64,000 bases of DNA from Candidatus Woesearchaeota archaeon CG10_big_fil_rev_8_21_14_0_10_37_12 (GTDB lineage Archaea > Nanobdellota > Nanobdellia > Woesearchaeales > ARS49): contig PCYA01000009.1 in NCBI GenBank assembly GCA_002762795.1, forward strand, positions 5,059-69,058, given 5' to 3'. Every line of letters starts with the position of its first letter. The first letter of the stretch is position 1. Of this stretch, positions 29,400 through 40,500 are shown piece after piece. The notes under the pieces were generated by a model. The model made no database searches, was not told the origin of the DNA, and saw nothing but the letters and a program-made list of their open reading frames with translations. Position numbers and translations under genes: made by a program.

Positions 29400-30026
29400 A
29401 TGAACTTCAAACAAACAATATACTCATTCTACGAAGTTATCGCTCCAACATACTACAAACTCCTTAAAAAAGAACTAAAAAAATGCAAAAATGTTTTGGA
29501 TTTTGGATGCGGAGACCACTCGCCAATAAGAAGGTTCAAAAACATACAATCTATAGGAATAGATGTTCACAAACCCACAATAGAACTTGCAAAAAAACGC
29601 AAAACACACAAAGAATTCATACTTGCAAACATTCTCGAATACAAATCTCCTAAAAAATATGATTGCGCAATAGCACTTGACTTAATTGAACACATTAACA
29701 AAAAAGATGGCTTGCGGCTTTTAGGCAATCTTGAAGCATCTGCAAAAAAAGTAATCATTTTCACTCCAAACGGATACTTGCCTCAAGACCCGAAGATCGT
29801 AGCAAACAATCCCTGGCAGGAACACAAATCAGGATGGACTGCTGCTGAGTTCAAAAAAAAAGGATATGCTGTTTATGGAGTGAACGGGTTAAAATGGCTG
29901 CGCGGTCAGCGAGCAGAAATAAAATGGAAACCAAAAATATTCTGGCAAATAATAAGCGAACTTTCTCAATGGATAATTGTTTATTTTCCAAAACTAGCAT
30001 TTCAATTGTTCGCAGTCAAAAAATAA
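29400..30026 (+). CDS. SAM-dependent methyltransferase
   Basis: VLDFGCGDHSPI motif I and the acidic motif II ALDLIEH. Confidence 0.6.
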   Translation: MNFKQTIYSFYEVIAPTYYKLLKKELKKCKNVLDFGCGDHSPIRRFKNIQSIGIDVHKPTIELAKKRKTHKEFILANILEYKSPKKYDCAIALDLIEHINKKDGLRLLGNLEASAKKVIIFTPNGYLPQDPKIVANNPWQEHKSGWTAAEFKKKGYAVYGVNGLKWLRGQRAEIKWKPKIFWQIISELSQWIIVYFPKLAFQLFAVKK

Positions 30027-30031
30027 AGAAT

Positions 30032-30868
30032 TTATTTAATCAAAGAATTAACAAGCCGACTATACTTGTACTTACTCTTGATTTTTTCCTTCACTTGAGA
30101 AAAATCTATTCTAAAAAACTTACAAAAAACACTATAAGCCAAATAAAAAATCAATGCAAAATAAGCAAAAATCATCCTGCGCTCAAAAGGATTATGACTT
30201 GTATTCCTCATGAAATGAACTGTCAAGAAAATACTTTTTACAAAAACAAACCCAAAGTAAACATAGTTTAATATAACAAAAATTAATTGATATTTAATAC
30301 TTATTAATACCGTTAAACTAAGCAATACTAAAAGAAATCTCATATTATCTTGATGAAAAAACGAAAAAAACAAGCTTTTCTTTTTCAATAAATCAACATT
30401 AACAACATATTCTCTATAAATTCCCCTTATGAACGTTGCGTAATGCGACGCTACAACAGTAATCAATGATGCCCATATAAATAAATAAGATCCTGTCAGA
30501 TTATGTGCTGCAATCCCTGCAGAAATAAAATAAACTAAATTCGAACTCAAATGGTCAAGCAACACATCCATGAACTCGCCAATAAGAGAAGATTCCTTAT
30601 TGTATCTTGCAATCGCTCCATCCATTGTATCAAGAAAAACACACAACTGGTATAGCAAAACTCCCAATATCCAAAAAAACCATGTTGAAGACAAAAAACA
30701 AATAAAACCAAAAACTAATACAATAACTCTTAACAGAGTTATATGGTTTGCACGAGCACCAAATTTCAAAGCACACCACACAACATAAATAGAAAATCGT
30801 CTATACAAATCAGGAGGATTACGCCAACAAATTCTCTTAAGTTTATCTATATCTGGAACTTTTCTCAT
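30032..30868 (-). CDS. CDP-alcohol phosphatidyltransferase family membrane enzyme
   Basis: Exact signature DTMDGAIAR-x8-GEFMDVLLD. Multi-TM. Confidence 0.75.
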   Translation of the reverse strand: MRKVPDIDKLKRICWRNPPDLYRRFSIYVVWCALKFGARANHITLLRVIVLVFGFICFLSSTWFFWILGVLLYQLCVFLDTMDGAIARYNKESSLIGEFMDVLLDHLSSNLVYFISAGIAAHNLTGSYLFIWASLITVVASHYATFIRGIYREYVVNVDLLKKKSLFFSFFHQDNMRFLLVLLSLTVLISIKYQLIFVILNYVYFGFVFVKSIFLTVHFMRNTSHNPFERRMIFAYFALIFYLAYSVFCKFFRIDFSQVKEKIKSKYKYSRLVNSLIK

Positions 30869-32013
30869 TTTTCTTTAACTACATATTCAATAGCATCCTT
30901 AAATCCTTTTACCATTTTATCATAATCATTCCATCTTTCAAACGTCTTACGAGCTTCTTTACGCATAAAAATATTATTTTTTAATGTGCTTTGAATAGCA
31001 TTTGAGATTGCGCTCACATCACGCTCTTTAACAAGAAAACCATTTTTTCCATTTTTTATCATATCATAACCAGCAGCAACAGCAGTTGTTGATACAATAG
31101 GGATGCCAAGACTTAGCGCCTCATTTATAGCTAACCCCCAACTTTCATTCACAACATTATTTTCATACAATGTACGTGAGGGAAGCACAAAAACATCTGC
31201 AAGCAAGTAATGCTCTTTTACCTCACTATGCGGAACACTTCCAATAAACACATAATTTTTCAAGCCAATATTCTTTGCGAGCTTTTTACAATGCGCTTCC
31301 CAGCCACAATCAGGACCGCCAATAATTAGAATTGCGTCTGGATTGGATTTTTCAATTTTTGCAAACGCGCGAATTAAATAATCAAGCCCCTTATATTTTA
31401 TGATGCGTCCTAAATACAAAACAATTTTTTTGTTCTTCAAATTATATTTTTTCTTTAATTCTGCAATTTTTTGACTGTCTGTTTTTTTCTTTAAAAGATC
31501 AACTGCACAATTATTCGCAATAAACACTTTTTTTGGCTTTGCACCAAATGATACATAGAACTCTTTTGCTTTACTTCCTGCAGCAATACATGCATCAGCG
31601 TGCTTAACTATAAATTTTGCATAAAGCTTTGCAATTCTTGCACCAAAAGTTCTAGGCCACTCCCAAGTCTCATCCCACAGAATTAATTTTTTACCAGTTA
31701 TTTTTGCAATTAAAAAAGAAACGTGAGTTGCAAAACTTGCCAGACCACTTGTAATGATTACATCGTGTTTTCTCTTAAACAACCATTTTATTATGCTGGG
31801 AGAAAAATCCCCTTTATATCCTATTATATTGTAACTTCTTAAATCACAATATCTCCACTCTTTTGAAGAAGGATATTGTTTACTCCAACCTCCTCCATGA
31901 GTAAAATAAAAAACAGTGTTGTATGCTTTACTTAATTTATCAAATAAAGGAACCCTATACGATCTTGTTTCCGAATGTATGATTGCAATGTTTGGCTTAT
32001 TTTGTTTTTTCAT
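30865..32013 (-). CDS. GT4 (GT-B) glycosyltransferase
   Basis: C-terminal FVLPSRTLYE...ESWGLAINEALSLGIPIV (EX7E-type). Confidence 0.75.
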   Translation of the reverse strand: MKKQNKPNIAIIHSETRSYRVPLFDKLSKAYNTVFYFTHGGGWSKQYPSSKEWRYCDLRSYNIIGYKGDFSPSIIKWLFKRKHDVIITSGLASFATHVSFLIAKITGKKLILWDETWEWPRTFGARIAKLYAKFIVKHADACIAAGSKAKEFYVSFGAKPKKVFIANNCAVDLLKKKTDSQKIAELKKKYNLKNKKIVLYLGRIIKYKGLDYLIRAFAKIEKSNPDAILIIGGPDCGWEAHCKKLAKNIGLKNYVFIGSVPHSEVKEHYLLADVFVLPSRTLYENNVVNESWGLAINEALSLGIPIVSTTAVAAGYDMIKNGKNGFLVKERDVSAISNAIQSTLKNNIFMRKEARKTFERWNDYDKMVKGFKDAIEYVVKEK

Positions 32014-32837
32014 TTTTTCTCAAAAAGAAACTCGTTACAACCTAAAGAACGGACTTCTTTTATTTTTATTTTTCTAAAACCTAGTTTTCCAACAAAATTG
32101 ACTATTTCATTTACACTAGCATACTCGTATGGATAACCACCAAGCCAATCTTCTACATCAGTAAAAAAATTCATCCCTCTATTGCTCTTGTAATTTCTGA
32201 TGTATTTAACTGGATTAAACCCTTTTGCAGTTATTCCTACTAACAGATACGCTATGTAAAGCATATACAGAATGAGACGGACAGGACGAGAAGAATGACT
32301 ATACATTCTCTTTATCTTTTGCCAAAGTTTGGAAGTTCCTTCTAACTTATATTTTGTATTTTTATTATATATCGCAATATAAAACAAACCATTTTCTCTT
32401 ATTAAACTTGCAGCATTTTCAATAGCAACCCACATGTTTCCAGTATGATGCAAAACACCCCAACTATACACTATGTCAAACTTACCAAGACTATCAAGAA
32501 ACTCTTTATTCAATGCAGACCCAATTTTCACTTTCCAATTTTTAAGTTTATACTTCTTCTTTAACGCTTCTGCACAAGCAACTGAATGACGATCAATATC
32601 AACACTGGTAACCTTCGCATCAAGCAAACCCGCTGCAAGTGAAAACAAACCACTTCCACAACCAATATCTAAAAAACTCTTGTCATCAATACTCATGCCT
32701 AAAAAATCATGCAGAGATTTTTTTGCTTCATCAACACTTTTCTTATCAAGCTTTTTAATAAATTTCTGCCAATTTTTACCAAAACTAAATAACTCATCAT
32801 ATCTCTGTTCATACAACTCTTTTTTATCTTGACTCAT
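32010..32837 (-). CDS. SAM-dependent methyltransferase
   Basis: FLDIGCGSGLFSL. Confidence 0.7.
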   Translation of the reverse strand: MSQDKKELYEQRYDELFSFGKNWQKFIKKLDKKSVDEAKKSLHDFLGMSIDDKSFLDIGCGSGLFSLAAGLLDAKVTSVDIDRHSVACAEALKKKYKLKNWKVKIGSALNKEFLDSLGKFDIVYSWGVLHHTGNMWVAIENAASLIRENGLFYIAIYNKNTKYKLEGTSKLWQKIKRMYSHSSRPVRLILYMLYIAYLLVGITAKGFNPVKYIRNYKSNRGMNFFTDVEDWLGGYPYEYASVNEIVNFVGKLGFRKIKIKEVRSLGCNEFLFEKK

Positions 32838-34653
32838 TCTTTAACACCCATAATTCATACCACTTAAACAACAACAACAACCTGATCTTGTAATTTTGAT
32901 GAATTCTGCTTTCACTATCATTTATTTTTTTATAAAACGAATACCAATTTTCATCCAAGATACAGTGTTTATACAATTCTTCCAGCGCAACGTTTATTTT
33001 GTTTTTTATTGACTTCTTTTTTGTCCATTCTACAATAGGCGGCGTGAACCCTTGTTTTCCTCTAAACACAATAGCCTTTGGAACAAGTCCTTTAATCAGA
33101 TCTCTCATCAATATCTTGGTCTTAAAAATGTTGCACTTCCACTTGACAGGAATCCGCGCTGAAAAATCAATAAACCTGTAATCAAGAAACGGACTTCTTA
33201 CTTCCAAAGAATTTGCCATGGATGCTCTATCAACTTTTACTAAAAAATTATCTGCTAACGTGTTATAAAACAAATCATATTTTATCATCGCTTCAGTAAA
33301 ATTACCTTTTGAAATTTTTAGCACTTCTTCCATCTTTTCTTTTGACCAATCTTTAAACACTTTCGGCTTATAAACAAAAGCAGAACCAACTTCTGAATAA
33401 AACTGACTGTCAGGAATAAAACTCATTCTGAGAGCTTCACTCAACCTGCCAAAAAAAGACATATCATTCTTTTTTGGCAAAATTGAATAAAAAAACTTTC
33501 TCACACTCTTTGGAATTTCTTTAATCACGCTGAATTGTGCAGCAATCTGATGCGTAGGATAACCACCAAAAACTTCATCACCACCATCACCGCTTAAGAC
33601 AACAGTGACGTGCTCCCTTGCAAGCCTGCTCACATCGTACGTAGGGAAATTAGAAAAATCACCAAAAGGCTCGTCATAAAAATAAGATATCTTATTAAGC
33701 AGCTTAATAAAATCTTTTTCTGTAAAATATTTATGATGATGTCTTGTCTTAAACTTCTTTTTAACTATATTAACATACTTTGTTTCATCATAAGATCCTT
33801 CAAAACCTATGGAAAAAGTATGCAATTTTTTAAGATCAACAAACTTTGACATAGTAGCAACAACAGATGAGCTATCAAGCCCCCCTGATAAAAAAGCACC
33901 GACAGGAACATCAGCAATTAAACGCAATCGCGTGGCATCATTGAGAAGAAATGATCCCTCGTCAATTAATTTTTTCTTATCATACTGCGGGTTGTACTCT
34001 GGCAAGTGATAATATATTTTTTTCATAATCTTCTTTGTTTTCAAATTAAACACAAGACATTCTCTCGGCATTACTTTAGAAATATTCTTATAAATAGACT
34101 GTGGACTTGGAATAAATCCCATGCTTAAATGAAAATCTACTGCACCTTTATTAATATCTTTTTTAATATCGTGTAACAAAATAGCTTTCAACTCACTCGC
34201 AAAAATAAACTTTTTTTTATCCCAATAATAAAATAAAGGTTTCTTGCCAAGACGATCACGACACAAAATCAATTCATTCTTTTTTTTATCATAAATACAT
34301 AAAGCCCACATTCCATTGAATTTGTTGAAACAATCCATTCCCCATTTTTTGTAAGCATATAGAATAACTTCAGTATCAGATTCTGATTGAAAATTAAACT
34401 CTTTTAGCTCTTCACGTAATTCCTGAAAATTATAAATTTCTCCGTTAAAAACCATAACAAGATCTTCTTCGCTTGTTGTCATTGGCTGTTTTCCTTTCTC
34501 TGAAAGATCAATAATACTTAATCTTCTATGACCTAACGAAATCGCATGATCGCTATAATACCCCTCTTGATCCGGGCCTCTATGTATTAAAGAGTTGCCC
34601 ATCTTTTTAACTAGTTCTTTATCATTCCAATTAAATCCGGCTATTCCGCACAT
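32824..34653 (-). CDS. asnB: Asparagine synthase (glutamine-hydrolysing)-family amidotransferase
   Basis: N-terminal MCGIAGF nucleophile and SGGLDSS PP-loop. Confidence 0.8.
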   Translation of the reverse strand: MCGIAGFNWNDKELVKKMGNSLIHRGPDQEGYYSDHAISLGHRRLSIIDLSEKGKQPMTTSEEDLVMVFNGEIYNFQELREELKEFNFQSESDTEVILYAYKKWGMDCFNKFNGMWALCIYDKKKNELILCRDRLGKKPLFYYWDKKKFIFASELKAILLHDIKKDINKGAVDFHLSMGFIPSPQSIYKNISKVMPRECLVFNLKTKKIMKKIYYHLPEYNPQYDKKKLIDEGSFLLNDATRLRLIADVPVGAFLSGGLDSSSVVATMSKFVDLKKLHTFSIGFEGSYDETKYVNIVKKKFKTRHHHKYFTEKDFIKLLNKISYFYDEPFGDFSNFPTYDVSRLAREHVTVVLSGDGGDEVFGGYPTHQIAAQFSVIKEIPKSVRKFFYSILPKKNDMSFFGRLSEALRMSFIPDSQFYSEVGSAFVYKPKVFKDWSKEKMEEVLKISKGNFTEAMIKYDLFYNTLADNFLVKVDRASMANSLEVRSPFLDYRFIDFSARIPVKWKCNIFKTKILMRDLIKGLVPKAIVFRGKQGFTPPIVEWTKKKSIKNKINVALEELYKHCILDENWYSFYKKINDSESRIHQNYKIRLLLLFKWYELWVLKNESR

Positions 34654-35732
34654 AGTTTTGTGTACAACTCCTCTGTTTCTTTAATCACACGTGTTATATT
34701 ATGATCTTTTTTTACTTTTTTATATGCATTGTTAACAAGTTTCTCTGTAAATTTTTTATCTGTTAAAACCTTCTTAATCCCTGCTGCAAACTTTCTTGGG
34801 TTCCTCGGAGGAATAAGCAAACCATCAAAATTATTTTTAACAAGTTCTCTTGTTTCAGGAATACTTGTTGTTACAACAGGTTTTTTTGTCGCCATGTAAA
34901 CAAGAACAGCATTTGGTTGTCCCTCATAAAACGTAGACAAAACTCCAGCATCCCCTGCTTTTGTAACTTCAATAAAATTCCTAATGAAACCCAGAAAATG
35001 AACTCGATTATCAATACCGAGCGACTTTGCCAGCAGTTCATATTCTTTCTGAAGCGGTCCTCCTCCAATGATAATCAAATGCACATTTTTTAACAAAGTT
35101 AAAGCTTTGAACAATGTGGGATAGTCTTTTTGACGTCTCATATTAGCACTACTAATAATCACTTTGGCTTTTTGAGGAATGCCCAATTTTTTTCTTAACA
35201 TGTGATCTGCAGAAATTTTATCTATCTTCTCAATTTCTAATCCATTCTTTATGCACACTATTTTTTTATTATTTATTCTGCATACATTTATCATAAATTT
35301 AGTAACACTTTCAGAATTCGTCGTGTAAATATCAACAAGAAACCTCGTAAACCTATCAACCCAATTATGCCATGGATGTTCAATCTGCTTTATGCGAATA
35401 GCAGAAATAACTTTTGCACTGGTGCCAATAGCAGCAAACCTGGCAACAATATTAGCATGAAACAAATAAGCATGAACAACAGCAACATTATACTTTTTTA
35501 TCAATCTATGAACTTTTACAACAGCTAACGGGAATTTTAATGTAGACTTTATGTTTAACACCTGAGTACTACACAATACCTCAAACTCTTTTTTCAACAT
35601 CCCCCCTACAAAACTCACAACAACCATTCTGAACTTATTTTTATTTACTCCCTGAACGGTTCTTAATAGCATCTCCTCAGCACCACCAGGGTTTAAACCA
35701 GTGATGATGTTAAGAACGTTTATTTTTCTCAT
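34641..35732 (-). CDS. GT4 glycosyltransferase
   Basis: STFYEGQPNAVLVYMATKKPVV acceptor-site region. Confidence 0.65.
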   Translation of the reverse strand: MRKINVLNIITGLNPGGAEEMLLRTVQGVNKNKFRMVVVSFVGGMLKKEFEVLCSTQVLNIKSTLKFPLAVVKVHRLIKKYNVAVVHAYLFHANIVARFAAIGTSAKVISAIRIKQIEHPWHNWVDRFTRFLVDIYTTNSESVTKFMINVCRINNKKIVCIKNGLEIEKIDKISADHMLRKKLGIPQKAKVIISSANMRRQKDYPTLFKALTLLKNVHLIIIGGGPLQKEYELLAKSLGIDNRVHFLGFIRNFIEVTKAGDAGVLSTFYEGQPNAVLVYMATKKPVVTTSIPETRELVKNNFDGLLIPPRNPRKFAAGIKKVLTDKKFTEKLVNNAYKKVKKDHNITRVIKETEELYTKLCAE

Positions 35733-36865
35733 GCTTTAACAAGACCTCGCAATTCTAGCATCATTTTTTCATACACGACTGACCAGTCAAGTTCTTTCTC
35801 TGCGAAACTTCTCGCTTTTTTTCCAAACTGAGTTATTTTTTCAGGATGAGACGTCAAAAATTTCAGCTTACTGCAAAATTTGTCCACATTAAAATTTTCA
35901 ATTACAAAGCCAGTATTCAAAGGAATAATATTAGACACATCACCAACATCAAAAGCAACTGAAGGCAAACCTGAAGCAGAAGCTTCAAGAACTACACGAG
36001 GACTACCTTCACCAAAAGAAGGCAACACAAGAACATCACTATTTGACAGATACTCATGAACTTTATTTTCATCAACTCTTCCGATTAATTTGAGATTATT
36101 GAACTTTAATGATAACCCTTCAACAAAACCCATTAAAGGACCATCACCAACAACTAAAAACTCCCAATCAGAAGGAATAGCCCCCAAAATATCTTTGAAA
36201 AGGTTCACACCTTTATTCTCTACAAGACGACCAACAAACACAACTCTTTTATTCAGTTTTTCCCTAACTTTAAACTTCTCAACATACAAAGCATTCTTGA
36301 TATATTTTATACGCTTCTTATTAACACCATACTTTTTTTCAATTAACTCTATTGTAGGACCTGAATTTGAAATTATCAAATCAACATGCTTAAACAAAAA
36401 CCAAGCTAAAGTATTATCATAAACTGTCTTTGCAACACGTAACGGAAAACTCAAACTTTTCTTTATTTCAGGTTCAAGACTGCCACGATACATGAGCACC
36501 ACAGGATTTTTAATTAAACCAATCCATTTGTAAAACGCAACACGCACATTCATGTCAAACATATAACTGTAAAGTAAAATAACATCCACATCTTTTAATC
36601 TGTTCCTTATCAAGTTATACAAACCCCACACAAAAGGAGTTCTTCCAAGAATGCGTGTTATAACAGGAACTTGAATAATTGAAAGATTTTTTTTCTTTAA
36701 CTCTTTAGTTTTTGGAACAACAATTGTAACTTCATTTGCTCGTTTGGCAAGCTCTTTTGCAAACTGATAACAAGATATTGTGAAACCGCTAACATTTGGA
36801 AACCAGTCAGGACAAAGAATAAGAACCTTCATTTTCTCACCAAAGTACCAGGAAACATCCTCCAA
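35729..36865 (-). CDS. GT4 glycosyltransferase
   Basis: VLPSFGEGSPRVVLEASASGLPSV. Confidence 0.7.
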   Translation of the reverse strand: MEDVSWYFGEKMKVLILCPDWFPNVSGFTISCYQFAKELAKRANEVTIVVPKTKELKKKNLSIIQVPVITRILGRTPFVWGLYNLIRNRLKDVDVILLYSYMFDMNVRVAFYKWIGLIKNPVVLMYRGSLEPEIKKSLSFPLRVAKTVYDNTLAWFLFKHVDLIISNSGPTIELIEKKYGVNKKRIKYIKNALYVEKFKVREKLNKRVVFVGRLVENKGVNLFKDILGAIPSDWEFLVVGDGPLMGFVEGLSLKFNNLKLIGRVDENKVHEYLSNSDVLVLPSFGEGSPRVVLEASASGLPSVAFDVGDVSNIIPLNTGFVIENFNVDKFCSKLKFLTSHPEKITQFGKKARSFAEKELDWSVVYEKMMLELRGLVKA

Positions 36866-37521
36866 TAAATAGTCTTAAAAAAAATTTTAAACCCATCAAA
36901 CCAGTTTGTTCCTTTAGTTTTTTTAGGATAAATAGTTCTAATAGGCACTTCACAATACTTTACTTTATTCAAACCGATTTTTGCAACACTTTCAGACTCC
37001 ATTGCATAATCATAAGACTTCCAGCGAGTTTTTTGATATCCTTTCTTAGAAAACGCGCGAAAACCTGATTGCGTATCATGAACTTTAACTCCAAAAAAAA
37101 TACGCGCAAGACGAGTTAATATCCAATTTCCAGACTTTGACAAAAAAGGCATTTCTTTCAGGTTTCTCCTGCTTACAACAACATCATAACCCCAACTCAA
37201 CTTTTCAACAAAACTACCGATATCATTCACATCATGCTGATCATCTCCATCCAGTGTTATCACATATTTAGTATTTTTAAAAGCGTTGTCAAAGCCAATT
37301 CTCAGAGCTTTGCCTTTTCCCTGATTTCTTGACAAACGCAAAACCTCAGCACCAGCATTTTTTGCTTCTGAACTTGTATTATCTGAAGAACCATCATCAA
37401 TAACCAAAACATTGAAACCTTTTTCTTTCACAGCATTAACTACTTTGAAAATGTGCTTTTCCTCATTAAATGCAGGAATCACTACTTTAATAGCAAATTT
37501 TTTGATTTCGCGCTTACTCAT
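36829..37521 (-). CDS. GT2 glycosyltransferase
   Basis: VIPAFNEE...IDDGSSD...LDGDDQHD. Confidence 0.75.
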   Translation of the reverse strand: MSKREIKKFAIKVVIPAFNEEKHIFKVVNAVKEKGFNVLVIDDGSSDNTSSEAKNAGAEVLRLSRNQGKGKALRIGFDNAFKNTKYVITLDGDDQHDVNDIGSFVEKLSWGYDVVVSRRNLKEMPFLSKSGNWILTRLARIFFGVKVHDTQSGFRAFSKKGYQKTRWKSYDYAMESESVAKIGLNKVKYCEVPIRTIYPKKTKGTNWFDGFKIFFKTIYWRMFPGTLVRK

Positions 37522-37581
37522 CTCTTTTTTTCTCTTGAATATGCGTTATAAACTTTACGAACAGGTAGTTAATACCAAATA

Positions 37582-40500
37582 TCATCTTATGCTTTCAACT
37601 CTGATTTTAAACTTCAGAGTTTTATTACCAAGCGGATGTGCATTTGGATCAACTCCATACCCTTCTTTAGGAGGAACAGTTATCGTTTTAATTTCTCCCG
37701 GCATCATCCCTTCTATTCTTTTTTCAAACCCAGGAATTAACTGATCATTTCCTATAATAAAAGCAAGAGGTTTTGTTTCAAATGAATCAAAATCTGAATC
37801 AGAAGAAACATTCTTGCTCCGCCAATCAACAATACTGCTGTCAAACACACCATCATCAGTCCAACCAATGTAATTCAAAGCTACTTGAGCTCCAGATATT
37901 ACAGATGTTTTAGGCAACAACCCCTGAGGAACATATGCATCTTTCCCTTCCCAATCAACTTTCCAGACATAAACAGGGCCGCCAAATAACTGATTATCTC
38001 TAGCAAACAAATCAAAATGCTTTAAACCAAGACCATTCATATAAAATAATCGTGTAAACATGCTATCTGCAAGCGCATCATTTGCAGCAATAGCACTCAT
38101 TCCATTTTCAACAGGCCAAACAATAAATGTTAATTGATCATTACCTTCACTTGATGTAAACACCTGCTTTTCTCCCTTTTCATTATATATAATAACTTTT
38201 TTAGCAAGAGCTTTTCCAGAATCAACAGACAGTTCTCCTCTACCATTCGTAATATCAATCTGCAAACTACCACAAACCAACAAAGATCCTGAAACTTTAC
38301 AACCTTGAACATCATGTGTTACATATCCAGGATATCCACTTATCCAACCATTTGCAGAATCTTCAGACGTCAAAGCTTTTGCTTCTTTGTAAATCTCCTT
38401 CGATTTTTCTTCAGTCCAATTAAAACGATTCATCATTTTTGCAACAGCATCTTTTTCAGGTAAATGTCTCCACTCAAGCCAAACTTCAGCTTTTTTGAAA
38501 TCCCACATACCAAAATGAGACCAAACACCAGCCTTGCCAATCATATCAGGACTAACAATAAAATAATTTTCAGGAGGATCACAATGAGTAAACTGAAGTA
38601 TATCCTCAGACAGGCCTGCATCCCGGAGAGTATCTCTTGCAGAAGACTTATTCTGCATAATAATAGTCTTAATAATTTCAACTGTTTTAAAAGAATCATT
38701 TAATTTTTCAAAAATCATTCCTTGCGCAGTATTACTTCCGCAATCATTCAATCTTAAAATACCAATCGCTTCTCTCTCATCTTCTGTTTGCAACACTCGC
38801 CCAATCCAATGAGCCTGAGGAGATGTTTGTGAAGCACCATCAAAAGTAACCTGCCTATCAGCAATATACTTGAAATGATGACCAAAATCCCACCAAGAAG
38901 TTATGATTGCATCAGGAGCACTCTCTTCTTTTATTTTTGTCAACACAGCCCACCAAGCATCATTAACCATAGGGATACTTCCACGAACAGAACTATACGA
39001 TTGTGCAGCCATGTTGCTCCCACCAAGTGCAGGATTAATAATCATCAAACTAAAAATACCCAAAAGCACCACGCCAGTAATATATTTGTGAATATGCAAC
39101 TGTCTTTTTCCAAAATCTGACAAATACTTGTAACCAAATCCTGCAGCAGCACCAAACGCTATTGCCACAGCAGGACCAAGAAGCAAAGTAAACCGCGCAC
39201 CCTTCAAAGAAGCATACACTGAACCAACAAACCACAACGCCAAAATCAATGAATAAACAAACTCACGCTTATTTTTCTGATCTCGCTTAGAAAAACTCAA
39301 CAAAATGCCAAAGCATGCAACAACAAAAACCAACATGCCTCCAACAGAACTAATTATCATTGAAAAAGAAGCGGGATTTAATTCTGCAACAGTTGTTAGT
39401 ACGTTTGGCCAGATAGTTCCTCCTGCAGCAGATTTAATCGTTCTGAAATTGAGTGCATTATAAAAAATACCATTCCAAAATGCACGAACACCAATTGTAA
39501 ATAAAGACACTACAAACCCACTAACAAATATACACAAAGCAGCTATAAAATGTTTTTTTAAATGAGTCTCTTCCAAAAGAGAAACAAATCCATGCCTGAA
39601 CTTTTTCCTATTCAAAACAATTTCAATTATAATTACAAGACCAACAGCTCCAAAAATAATGTCTGCGAAAAAAAACCAGCCACTCCAAAAACTTGCGAAC
39701 AAACTAATAGCAACACCTGTTCCGCACGCAAACATAATTTGCTTTTTCCAAGACTCTGCAAAAAAAGTCTCAAACAATAAAAACAATATTAACGCTGGAA
39801 AAAACACAACATACATATCAGTATCAATATGCCCCCAAGGCGTACGAGTCATTATTGCAGGAATCAAACCAAGAACTATAACTGCAAAGAAACCGCTTAG
39901 CTTACCACCAAGCCTATATCCAGCAAAGAAAATAAAAATCAACGACAAAAAAATCAGAAAAATACCTATGTAAGCTGCCGAATCCATAAAAGGAACATTT
40001 TTGTTAACCAAAGAATTGACTTTGTAAAATCCTGCAATAACATAACTATGCCAGCTATTGTCAACACCCGTGCCAACAGGAGCAGACATATGATTATCCC
40101 AAGGAACACCATCATGAAGTTCATCATAATTGTGTCCAGTATTCAAAACATTTCGCGCAAGCCTCAAATAATGATAAGGATCAATATCAGGCATGTATGA
40201 ATATAACTTTCCATTTTCTTCATAAGAAAAATGATCACGCACCTGCTTTGCCAACCTCCCTTTTTCTACATCTAGAGTGGCTTTGTTTTCCTGCTGAAAT
40301 TTAAGCTTCAAATCATTAATCACTTTTTGCCTATTCGCTTCAGGCAAATTAGGATACCTTTGCTGTGCAATAGAAGCAACCTGCTGCTGGATAAAATTAT
40401 CTACATTTGAAGAAGCAACATTTTCTGCTATATCCAAATTTTTCGTTTGCATACGCATCCAAATACTGCCCCAAGGAGCATTGCCTTCACTAGGAACAAA

